A stretch of DNA of 64,000 nt. It comes from Phyllosticta citribraziliensis. Its lineage: Eukaryota. The position numbers were made by a program, and so were the translations under genes. The notes under the pieces are model-generated. The model had not been told where the DNA came from. It worked only from the letters and a program-made list of their open reading frames with translations, and did no database searches. The stretch covers positions 1,240,001 through 1,304,000 of the forward strand of contig NW_027117340.1 in assembly GCF_038025025.1 (NCBI RefSeq). The letters run 5' to 3'. Of this stretch, positions 38,178 through 49,796 are shown piece after piece. Each line of letters starts with the position of its first letter. Position 1 is the first letter of the stretch.

Positions 38178-39158
38178 ATGTACCACCACCATCATCAACC
38201 TTCTTACAACCCGTATGCGGCTCCTGACCCACCCCAGTATGCTTCTCAGTATGGGGGCACATGGCAGCCAGAACAGTTACAGCCCAATGGGTCGATGAAT
38301 GCCGACACCTTCTCCTCGGGTTTCCAACGTAGCGCATCGTACGGGCCTCAATTTCAACCGTACCAGCAGTATGCGTACCCGCAAAGCGCGCCTCCTCAGC
38401 AACACCACCACCATCATGCTCCCACTCCAAACGCAGCGGCTCCACCACCGTTTCAACGACACGACAGCCACCAAGACCCGAGCTGGTACAGCAGCGGTCG
38501 GAGCGCCCGACGCACCTCGGTTCAACAGCGCTGGGATGACTACATCAACAGCGAAGCATGCACAGACGCAATGCAAGGTGGTAACTGATCCGTTCTTATT
38601 GACCACCCATCCACGCACGTCTGTTCGGCTCCCCAGCCTGGAGAAAAATCCAGAAGCAAGCAACGCGGCGAGACGGCGGTGGGCCCCGACCACCCGCCCC
38701 TCCTTCACAAGTCCCAAATCGATTGACTGTGTATTTGGAAAGTTCGCTGACACGGTCCCATACCCGTTGTAGCCGATTCATCCTACATCAACCAAGTCAC
38801 AGCCGAGCTCGAGACGCGCGCGCTCTCAGATGAGCGGCTGAATCGCCAGCAGCAAGCCGCGGCCTCGCAGCCTCCCACGCCCGGCTGCGCCCCTGGCGCC
38901 TCGCCCGACTTTCTGGCTGCGCAGGCTGTCGAGCGCGAGCGCCGCCTCAAGTGGGCCCAGGACATGATCATCAACAGCCCGGCGCTGTGCGCCGAGGTCT
39001 ACTTTGCCATGAGCAAGCCTCCGGCGTCGGCGGCGGCAGGAACGGGGGGTGCCGCCGCGAGCGCGAGGAGCCCCGGGGCGGCGAGCACCGGGGGCCGCAG
39101 CAGCAGCGCAGAGAGCATGGGCAGTCGCACCTCTTCATACAGCAACAGCCCGACGTAG
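38178..39158 (+). CDS. Hypothetical His/Gln/Pro-rich protein
   Basis: Exon 38178-38580, intron 38581-38772 (GTAACT...CTGAC...TAG), and exon 2 open to the TAG at 39158 (ADSSYINQVTAELETRALSDERLNRQQQ...KWAQDMIINSPALCAEVYFAM). No known domain recognised. Confidence 0.6.
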
Positions 39159-40402
39159 ACTTCAAAGAAGAGCGGGGCTGTGGAGTAGTGGAAAGTGCGA
39201 GCTTGCAGATTCAAGTGGAGGATCTCGCGACAGTGTGGAGCGAGCCGACTTGGAGATTGGAGCGAGGAGGCAGTGGAGTATCGATCTTTTTCCCCACCGC
39301 CTGTCGCTCACCGCTACGCTGCAAGCTGCTAGGTACATGGCCTGCTCATGCGCATGAGCGGGGGCGGGGAGGGCAGAGAGCGGGATAGCTCGCGCGCACG
39401 CTTGGTCGAATGCCGCATCGCTCGCTCGGCCGGCCTTTTGGAAAACGTCTTCTTCATCTTCTCCTATCTCTTTTTCCCTTTCGCACCAAGCAACATATTC
39501 GGTTCCCTCTGATTCGATTTGTTTCTGGAAGCATCTCACACACAACGGGCACAGAGAAGCAGGAAACAGGGGCACATCTCAGCAACACATGGGTTCGCTC
39601 GTCTTCTTCTTTTCTCCTTTGTGTTCTCTTCTTCTTCTCTTCCCATCCACGCCTATCGGCACATACAAACCTTTTTTGTCTGGGTGGGCTGCGGCTGCGG
39701 CTGCGGGCCCACCACTTCACGGCATGTTTGGCTGGTGGCCCCGCCGCCGCCGCCCGCCACGACCACAGGTCGACTACTAGCATTGCGGAATACCAGGTAC
39801 ATATATTTAGATAATTGAGAGGCAGACACCAGGTATATATGATCGGGAGCGAAAGCAGAAGCGGAGAGATGGTGATAGTGGTGGCGATGGCAGGGAGTGT
39901 CGTGGCTTTGAGATCTTGGGGCCTAGGTAGCAGGAATAGAGAGGGTCTGAGGGATGATTGTGTTTAACAAATGTGCGTATTTTGTTTGTTTGGAGAGGAA
40001 GAGAGAAAGGCGTCGGTGGGGCAGTAAGATGAAAATTTGAGGAAGGCTCGTCGGCGGGGTCGATTGCAGTCACTGATTGGTTCACTGAATGAAGCACTGG
40101 CTACGTCTGGATTGTCTGACAAGATACTCCTATCTTTGATTATTGATTTGTAACCATTGGAGTTCAAATGCTCAAGTCTGACTGCGGAACTGTGTTGCCT
40201 CCCCTTTCCTAAGTCCACTATGTTCAGGCGTGACGCTTCGGATTGTATCTGGTTGCTCAGATGAGTTGCCTGCCTAGAAGTTGACATGCTCTACCAAAGG
40301 TGTGCATGAATCATGCCGCGCATCTGCTACCTGCTTGCATATTCATTTGTCTCCAGCAGTACAGCAACAAGCGTGTCGTCCACGTCTGAAAACAAGTGGC
40401 CA

Positions 40403-41456
40403 CTAGTACCTCCTATTCTCGTCCACCTCCTTCATTTCTTCGTACAATTTGAGGATGAGGCCGCCCTCGTTGTCTCTGTCGACATACCCTCCTTTCCAAG
40501 ACTCGCCTCTGAGCGCGTGTTCAAATTGCGAATGAATGTCATCGTTGAACTTCTTGTCGCGCAACGGCGGATCAAAAGGGCCTTTGAGGTCGCTGCCAAA
40601 TTTCCCCCCGCCCCATTCCAGCAGCCGACCAAGCGCCGTCTCAAAAGGATATGAACAGCATTCCAGATGGCGACGGCGCTTTATGACAATGTTGATTATA
40701 TTAATCTTGCTGCGCTCGCCTTCCTTGATGTGCTCAAAAATGGACCGAGGAGTGCTCAAGAACTCATACCAGCCTTTCAGATGAAGCGTCAATGGGCCGG
40801 TCCAAGTGCTTAGAATCTCAGGCCCCATGGACGAGAATAACGCTCGTACCTGATTAAAGCCGCTGACGTAGTATTGCTTGCTTCTGATTAGAAAGGGAGT
40901 AGTCTCAGCCAGGGCCTGTCTGTTGACAAAGGAAATGCCATAATCGATGTCGGCTGTTCTGGCCAAGAATCGGATTGGCTCAAGAGGCTCTCGGCAGTTG
41001 AAATGTTCGGTGCGAACTTCGGAGCTCTCTGGCGAACTCCAGGGCGTGTATGGTGGATTTGGAGACATTTGGAAAATCGAGCCATATATCATGTTGCGGA
41101 CTTTCGCAGGGAGCCCGAAGAATTCGAATTTTCGGTCAAATCGGCGAGTAGAGAGCGACAACACGAAATTCCCAGAGTGTTGGAACTGTGTATTCAACGA
41201 GTAAGGAAACGCGCAATAAACTAGTTTCTGAAGGAAAATACGTTCTTACCATCATAGGTATTAGCTCGCCGGTGCCAAAGACTGTAGGCCGTCCCAGCTC
41301 GTCATGTTGGATTCTGAGTTTGAATTTGCTGCCGGGGAATTCAACAATGAGATCTTTGCCACGAGACAGCTTGACGGTGCTTTTCTCTTTACTGTTCGCG
41401 GCGGTTTTGAGGCAAAATCCAAGGACCTCGTTGATCGCGTCGTAAGGCACGTTGAT
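40403..41456 (-). CDS. F-box-like paralogue A of the tandem array (exon-1 start codon apparently lost)
   Basis: Intron 41249..41186. Exon 2 begins FQHSGNFVLSLSTRRFDRKFEFFGLPAKVRNMIY and is homologous to copies B and C. Confidence 0.7.
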
Positions 41457-41559
41457 GGCCAGAAATTTGGCGATGTTGACGGGAGAGGAATGGAGAGGGA
41501 GGGAAAGAAAGACGGAGTACAAGGGAGGACATAATTATATCGTACTAGAGAAGCCACGA

Positions 41560-41662
41560 GTGACTGCTCAAATTCCAGGAGATGCCGGTCGCACTATGGA
41601 AGGCGCCAGGCTAGGAGCCGCTCCTGTTCTCTTCCATTCTTCCATTCTAAGCACCGTATCAA
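41560..41662. repeat. Conserved 103-bp intergenic block, copy 1 (copy 2 at 43283-43385)
   Basis: Manual ungapped alignment gives 84/103 identical bases, at an offset of 1723 bp. Confidence 0.9.
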
Positions 41663-41978
41663 TCACAGAGGGTGAGATATGCGTGTCGAGCAGGACGAGA
41701 GATGCGAGAAATGCTCTGCTCTTCCGTGGAGCTGTACGCAAATCTCTGATTGATTGAAAAGTACCTAGCTAACTGACTGGATATTCTGACCAGCTGCTTC
41801 TCTCGTTGACTTTCAAGTTCTGACCACCCAGGTCTGGAATTCCGGCTACTGAGCTGGTTGTGTGCGCTCATCTTTGATCTTCCATGTATGGGCATCGTAT
41901 TTGTCGAGAATGTGCGGGTCGTGCTTTATCTCCACCGCTTGCCTGCCTCTGTTCCATTGTCGAGAAAGCACAGGGCGA

Positions 41979-43127
41979 CTAGAACCGTCTCCCCTTTGCC
42001 GCCTTCTCCATCGCCAAGTACACCTTCTGAAGTAGCAGTGTAATACCGCCCTGCTGAAGAAAACCGCCTTTCCAGACCTCGCCCCTGAATGCGCTCTCAA
42101 ACTGCGAGTGTATGAACCCACTCCTCGTATTGTTTTCCAAAGGTGGAATGAAATACATTTTGAGATGTGGCCACTTGCCAGAGCATCCTCCGATTCGGTG
42201 CGCCAGATGACCCAGTGGCGCATCATTCACGGAGAGGTATTTCCCGTCGAGGTTCCAGCCGTTTTTACCGATGACGATGGTGATGCTCTTGATCATGCTG
42301 ATTTCGTTGGTCAAGCCTGAGCTGTACAGCTTATCACTCCAAGATGACGTCCAACGGGTGTCCACCTTGAGCGTGAGTCGCCCATACCATTTTTTACGGC
42401 GCTCGTAACCTATGCTTTCGAGCAAAGAACTTGCCGCGCCGCTGTTGTTGAGGTGGAAATTTCTGCTGCCAAGAATGAAAGGTGTTGTCTCAGACAGGAC
42501 ACGCTTGTTGACAAAGGCAATGCCATAGCGAGGCGCGGCGCTCTTGTTCAATTCCGCCAGGAAGCGCAAGAAGCGCAGTGGCGTGAATGGACGCTTGTAA
42601 TGGAATTCTTTTTCGTGGAGATTTGGATTTTGCAACGCGTCCAAAGGCCAGTATGGCGGGCCAGGTGACGCGTGGTAGACGAATCCGTAGATCATTTCGC
42701 GGATTTCGATTGGGAGTCCAAAGAAATCGAACTTGGTGTGAAAACGGCGCGTCGAGAGCGTCAAATCGAAGCCTCCCTCCCGCTCAAACTGTTCCGGGAA
42801 ACAAACTCAGCAAATGCGCAAATCAGCTGTCGGCTGTCTCACCGTCGTAGGCTTGAGCTGGCTACTGCCAGTGCCAAAGATGAGAGGCTTCCCCAGGTTG
42901 TCATGTCGAATTGTGAACTGGAAGTTGCTGCCGACAAGTATGACGGTAAGGTCTTGTCCATGAGACACTTGCAAGGTAGTTTTTTCGAAGCGAAGATTCC
43001 ACGTTGGACCTATGGACTTGATTGGGGATGGTTCGGGGACAGTATTGTCAGTGGTGACACCCTCTGTGTTCGATGTAGCAGTCTTTTCGTCGGGGGGCTT
43101 TGGGCCTCGGTCGTCTGGAGAAGCCAT
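41979..43127 (-). CDS. F-box-like paralogue B of the tandem array
   Basis: ATG at 43127 and phase-0 intron 42842..42789. Exon 2 begins FEREGGFDLTLSTRRFHTKFDFFGLPIEIREMIY. Confidence 0.8.
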
Positions 43128-43282
43128 GATCCCAAACAAGGCGATGTCGGTGTCCTGCTATCAGGAGAGAAGGGATAATGCGAGAGAGGAACAGGCGTGG
43201 AGGATTTATGAGGCAAGCTTCACCTGTTCAAGACTCACCTGTTTCGCACTGGAGACTGGAGACTGGAGAGGCCACAGCACAG

Positions 43283-43385
43283 GTGATTGCTCAGAGTCCA
43301 CGAGGTGCCCGTCGTGTCATGGAAGGCGCCAGGCCAGCAGCTGCTCCTGTTATCGTCCATCCTTCCATTCCAAACACCGCATCAA
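43283..43385. repeat. Conserved 103-bp intergenic block, copy 2
   Basis: Aligns ungapped to 41560-41662, with shared core ATGGAAGGCGCCAGGC. Confidence 0.9.
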
Positions 43386-43629
43386 CAATACCACCGCATC
43401 AACAATACCAACTCTAGCACCTTGGAGTCGCCTCCCGACGCGGCCAACTTGGGCTCAACCATATCATTTGCGCACACGGAGTATTGACAACTGCGTACAG
43501 CCAGCCAGCTTTTCTCCGCTCACCCCTCATCAGTATGCCGCCCCGAATCCCTGTCCCTGAGCCATCTGCTCAATTTCTTTGCCATCCCGTCGATTTGCCT
43601 TTCCGCGCCCGTGGACTTGGCCGGACTGT

Positions 43630-44777
43630 CTAGCGTCCAGGGGGAGTGCGCAGGAGCGCGATGCCTCCTTTTGCGAAAAACGCACGTAAGGCATCTTTGA
43701 TTTGTCTACTCTTGGCTGCGAATTCCATCCTCTCGTACAGCTTCTTGGCAAGAAGGGCTGGCCCACCCATGTCAAGATAGTTTCGATCCTCGAAAATTGT
43801 TCTGCCGTCGATCGCGCTATGGAACTGCCGCAAAACCTGTCTGTCTCCTTCATCACTGAACAAGGGCGGATCGAAGTTGACTTTACAGTACTTTAGTTCC
43901 CGCGATTTCAGCGAGATGAGCTGGCCGATCGGCGTCTTCTCAACGTTGGAAGACTGGCCGAGCTTCCAACCTTTAGAACCAATCACGATGTTGATGGTTC
44001 TACGGCTATAATTCCGAGGAGGAGAGTAAAAAAATGGGATCCAGTGGTCTGCGAGATCGGCCATTTCCCAATTGTTCAAGTGCAGTGCGAGCGGACCTGG
44101 CCACTCGCGAAAGCCATCCTCACCCATGGATTTGAGGAGCGCGTAGGCCTGCTTGTCGCCACAGACATGGAATCTCTTGCTTCTAATGAGCAAGCCGGTT
44201 GTTTCTTGGAGAGTTTGATGGTTTGCGAAGGAGATACCACCACCACCAGGAGCCGACTTGCTCAAGCGTGCTAGGAAGCGGAGTGGCTCGATGGGCCGCT
44301 TCAAGGGAAAGTTCTCAGTTCGAATGCTTGGGTCATTATTGATAGTGGTGGAGAATGGGAGAACCAGTGATGCCTGGAAGACCATGCCGTAGATCTCGTC
44401 ACGAAGGTGACCGGGCAGCCTAAGGAAGTCGAATTTGTCGCCAAAGCAATGCGTCGAAAGCAGCACATCGAAGCCTCCGGAGCGTTTGAACTAGATCGAG
44501 GAAGAAAAGCTCAGCATATGCGCCATTATGTGATCTCTCATGGAGCCATGTCTTGACTTACAGTCATAGGCCTCATCTCGCCAGTGCCAACACTGGAAAT
44601 CCTCGGCTGACTCAGTCCATCATTTTTAATCGTGAGCTTTAAATCACTCCCGGCAAGAGACACTGTGAGGTCTTGCCCAGCCGATAATTCAACGGCAGTT
44701 TTGCTGGGAGGCACTTTACGAGCTGCCTTGTTCCTGGCCATGCTCTTTTTGATTTCTGCAATTCTGTGGTCGTTCAT
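43630..44777 (-). CDS. F-box-like paralogue C of the tandem array
   Basis: ATG at 44777 (an alternative lies at 44864) and phase-0 intron 44561..44491. Exon 2 begins FKRSGGFDVLLSTHCFGDKFDFLRLPGHLRDEIY. Confidence 0.8.
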
Positions 44778-47548
44778 CGTTGGGGAGTTGGAGATAAAGA
44801 CCTTGCACTCTGGAAGGAAAGGGGGACGGAGAAGGAAGAGAGTGACACTGAGAAATTGGACCATGGTGGGGTAGCAGCTTGCGAGCTGCGCGTTACAATG
44901 CGACTGGAGCAGGTAAGTGTTTGGACGATGCGAATTGTTTGCTCATAACAAGAAGCCAGCTTAGTTGCAAGCTTGTCACAGCATTGTTCCCATCGACAAA
45001 GCACTGTCTTTGTACTCCTGGCATCACCATAAGACGCGGATAGCTCGAAGACGTTGAAAGTCAATGGCTAATTTATCGCTTTGTCTCGCAATGAGAACCA
45101 GCTGTTGGGGCGCCAGTGGCATGAAGACCAGGGGTCATGCCATTTACAGTTTCCTTGAAATCTGCAAATCATGACCTGTGACACTGGAGGGCGATACGTT
45201 TGATGGCGAGGTTTGGCGCGAGCATACAGCATTCAGACAATTTAGCAGTTGTCTGCTCCGTTCGTGATTTCGGCCGAGCCCCATGCGCAGGGAGCAAACA
45301 GCATGTCCTGATTCGCGGGTTCACGCTGTCCTGTTCTGTCGGGAGACACGACAGGGCTAGGCATGGTATCGGGAGGGGAGAGGATCGCGAAGAAAGAGAA
45401 TACAGTTCGCGACTGGATGATTGAGCGCAAAGAACGGGCAAGTAGCAACAGACGCTTAGCACGAGGGGTCCACCAAGGAGGAGGGCTCGTATACTAATCG
45501 TAGTGGAACTGGTGCTGGAGGAATGCGGAAGCTGTTGTGAGTAAGCGCGCAGGCAGCCTTGATGGAGCGGTGCAAATACCGCGCAGCGCGGAACACGTTG
45601 CGCGGGTTCGAGACGGGATGGACCTTTTCCACAAGGCTGGGCGAGCTGTCAACCCTCGAATCGACGCGTGTGAACATGTCACGTAAGGCAAGCTCTGACG
45701 GATGGATAAGCCGGGACTTGGTTTCCTCCAACTCGAGCGTCCCTTGGCCTTTTGCTGATGATAACGCCATCAGAATGATCGTGATGATGGCGGTGCGACT
45801 ACTCCGAGACTGGATATGCCAACAACCGCATCTCCGTCGGCCGAGCGACTAGGCTGTATGCATGCAGTGTTGCTGCAGAGGCCGTTGACTTGCAGAAGTC
45901 TTGATTTCCACTTGGCACTTGGGACGCGGAGGTCGCCGCCGACGCAGGATCGTGGCGTTTTTGGAATAGTCGACGGGGCTGAAAGGTACGCGAGGGGAGG
46001 GCTAGCCTCTTGCTGGGCTCGTGGAGCGCGACAGACTCGTAGGTATGACGGACACCGCTGGCACTGCATTGTATCGTACGCTTTTCCCAGACCAGCGGGA
46101 GGTCGAGTGACGCAGATCACTAGCACGGAGAAAGAAAATCGCCGGACAGGCTTTGTCTCCTGGAGCAGATAGCAGCCAAAATTTGATGATTCTTGAAGTT
46201 TGGAGTAATCCTGGGTGCGTATGATAGAGGCTTGCGCCACTTCTCCACGTGGCTTGACATGAAAGCTGGAGTGCCCACGGGGCGAATCTCGCAACAGTTC
46301 GCGGTTTGCTCGGCATTTTTGTGGGCTTCATCACTCTGGAAAATGCCGGTCAGAAAGAGGTGTGGCCCGGTTGGATGGGACGAGTCGTGAAACGTTGCCA
46401 TGGGTGGGACAGAAGTTCGAGACGGGGACGGCAATGCGAGACGGGAGACACAATTTCGTGGCACAGCGGAACGGGCCTTCGGGATGCTGAATTCCAGCCT
46501 GTGCGACTGATGGTCAGCCAGGAAGAAGAGTCTGTTGTCAGGAATACTGCAGAGGTCCAGTGGGGGTTGTCGATGGGTGTGGTTGGAAGAGAGGTGAAGG
46601 ACGTGGGCGGTAGTTGGCCTGTGATGGCAGCCGACGCTAAATTTGGCACCAGCCGAGTGCGGCTTAGCGGCCGTTGGACCGCTTGCTGAGGTGGGCTCAG
46701 TTGCTGGTGGTGCGCTCTCCCGCTTTCAACCTCTCAAAAACTTCAACCATTTGCTTGGTTGAGACGACTCGGACCATTCATTGACAGGGCTGTGATGTGA
46801 ATCCATCAACCACCAGCTCTGGCACTTTGACACGATGATACACGTCTCAGATCAGCGGCCAGACGCACACCCCTCGGCTTCCCGAACGGGGACTGCTAGC
46901 CGATCGCGTCGACCAAAGACGCTGTGCTGTGTCTCTGCCATGTCAAACACGTGCCAAACCCTGGGCCGTCAGGAGATAACCAACATCAACTGACCAGAGA
47001 ATTCTCGCCATGCTTTTCGAGGACCCTGGCTCGATCGACCGTCAACAACTGTTGGACCGAGTTCGCACCTACTTTTCACCACCGCCATGCCATCCAAAGG
47101 GGCCGTACCGGCGCCGCATCCACTTTGAACAGCTCAATCAGCGGCAGGATCGCAAAATCTTTATCGAGCTTTGCCCAATGCCGTTCAGCGCTTCGCTTCA
47201 ACGGCGCGGCAACAAAGAGCGCGCAGCTTGCCGTGCAGCCGGATCTCCCGTCGAGAACCAGGTCTGAATAGTCGAGGCTCTTCTGGCCGCTGCCATCCCT
47301 CGGGAGACGCTCAGGTGAGACTCGGCTTGTGCTCCCTTGACGACCAAAGCCAGACAACTTCGACGACGTACCGCGTGTACAAATTCAATCAGTCGTTCTT
47401 GCCATTCTCACATCCATCGAGTCGCGACTTCAGTTTTTTTGGTGCCAGAGTCCCAAGCTAGACCCTTGACCCAGGAACCACCCATCCCCAGAGCCCCCTC
47501 TTTTCCGCCCACCAATCCCCATTTTTCCAGCCCCCATATTGCCACACC

Positions 47549-48179
47549 ATGGCGGACAACACATCCCAGAAGGGCAAAGATGCGTCGTCCGTTGTCACCA
47601 TCCTCCTGCCCGCCCTCTTCGCCGTCATCCTGTTGGTATTGGTCATCACGTGCGTGCCGATTTGACCTGTCTGTCGCCCTCACCGTGCTGACCGTCGCGC
47701 AGAACCGCCTTCTTTCTTCCACGTCTGATTAAGAAAAACAACGCGTATCAAAGGAGCGACGGGCAAAAAAGGCGCATGCTGAATCTCGAGCGCGCATGCA
47801 AGACGCAAGCCTTCAAGGCGTGGTGCGCCAAGCACGAGGAGGCGCACCCGGAGTACAAATCAGAAATTATGACTTGGTTCGTCTTTGCGTCATTGTGCCG
47901 GCGCTGGCTTGGTCGAGAGACTACCAAACTGACACGCGTTCCTGCAGTGTAATTTGTCTCGAGCAGATTGAGGACAAGGAGAAGGTGCGCGCCCTCGACT
48001 GCAACCACGTCTTCCACCAGCACTGTCTCGACGACTGGTACTGTCGCTGGAACGAGTTTTGCCCTCTCTGCCACCGGCCCATTCTGCCCCACTACGTGTC
48101 AACCAAGAAGACCCCAAAGTCCTTCATCAGCAGGAGCTCCGTCGACGCAGAGCATGATGGCCTCGCAGTCATGGTGTGA
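47549..48179 (+). CDS. Small transmembrane RING-H2 E3 ubiquitin ligase
   Basis: Exons 47549-47649, 47703-47876 and 47948-48179. N-terminal TM (VVTILLPALFAVILLVLVIT) and RING-H2 CVICLEQ...CNHVFHQHC...W...CPLC. Confidence 0.88.
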
Positions 48180-49760
48180 AGGGGCGTCAAGCCAGCCTTA
48201 GTTCTGCACCTATTTTCTGCGCGCACGACTCTCGACTCTTCGAATCTACCAGGATATAATAGTTGCGCTGTGGATTCAATCCCTGGAATTGCGCCTTTTG
48301 GGCATGAACGCCGCACACCTACACCCACCACTGCTGCTGCTGCAGTAGCTGCTGGGGCAAAGACAGCGCCTTAGCTCCGGTGAAAGGGCTCCCTGCAGCC
48401 ACTGGACGAACGACATGGTTGCACCTGGAAGAAAAAGAAAATACAGAGAGCATCTGGGACCTTCGCTTGCGAGAGAGGGCAAGCAGTGCCGCCACGTTCT
48501 TGGCCAATCACGAACTTCGAGAGCGCGTTTGTGGGAGTGGTCGCCCAACAATCGTCCCCAGGACTATCACAGACCTTCGATCATGCTCGTGGGCAGCGGC
48601 GGCGCCACCATCCACACCTACCCTAGAGCACCCACGCTTCACATGGTGCAGCCGTGCCATGACATCCCGACCCAGCAGGGTGGAAAGGCCGCTGCAAAGC
48701 GAGCACCCATCCTCATGAGCCCGCCTATCTTTCCATCTACCTGCCTGCCTGTCAGCATTGGCATTGGCAGCTGCAACCGCGGCGATGGCGTTTGTTCGCC
48801 ATTTTCCTGCTCCGCTTTTTCGTCCACTCATCCATCCAATTTCCATTCCTCCAACACGGGCTCTAAAGACTCTAGTGTATGACACCACCCTATTAGCACT
48901 CGCGGAAACAGGGAGAGCCGGCCGGCTGGTTGTGGAAGGAAGAGGCCAGGCAGGGATAAAAGACCCCACAGCGGCGTTAGTCGCAAAACATACACCTCAT
49001 TAATCAGTGATACCATGATACCACGACTACTTCTTCCCATGGCTACCGACGTGGTGGTCGCGTCAACGCCTGTCAAATGCGTGCCAACAGCTTCAAGGTG
49101 TGTACGGCGGGCGTGGTGTGTATGCACGTGTGGATTTGCCCGGCGGACAGCAAGCCACGCGTTAATTGCGAGCCGAAAGGGTGGGTCTTGCTCGTTCTAG
49201 ACTTTCAACCCGGGCGGGCTCTGGATTTCTGGTCGACTTTTGGGACTCGGGACTCGGTGCTCCGGTGCTCTTTCTCTCTGGAGGGGCCGAAGGAGAGAGG
49301 GACTGGTCGCTGCACGCATGCACGCACTCACCCGTGTCTGGCGGCGGCGATGAATTGAGACAGTCTGCCGAAATAGTTGAATGGCTGTTTTAAACATGAA
49401 GAAAAGTGTTGCTCGCAAGCGGCTGTCTAGGCATAAAAAAAAACCACGTGCAGCGAGCGACTTTAGGTTGTTTTTTTGCTGAATGCTGGCATCAACCATC
49501 CATCGCAGGCGTGGTGGTGGCGGGCGGCGGGACGGCGGACGGAGCCCCCCCTCGACGGAACGGGAAGGCGGGCGGGATGGGCCGCCGCCGCGGCCGCGAC
49601 GCCACTGCCTGGACTGCTGCCAATGCCGCCGTCGCGTGCCTGGATCATGGAACTTCCATGGTGGGATCCTTTTTTTTTTCTTCTTCTTCTTTTTCCCATT
49701 TCTATTTTAGTTTTCGTTTTCGCTTTCTGCTTTGGGGGTTTTTTTTTCGTGTGGAATACG

Positions 49761-49796
49761 CCGACTGACTGACCGACTGACCGACTGACCGACTGA
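49761..49796. repeat. Octanucleotide tandem repeat (GACTGACC)n, about 4 copies
   Basis: Sequence ccgactgactgaccgactgaccgactgaccgactga. Confidence 0.85.
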
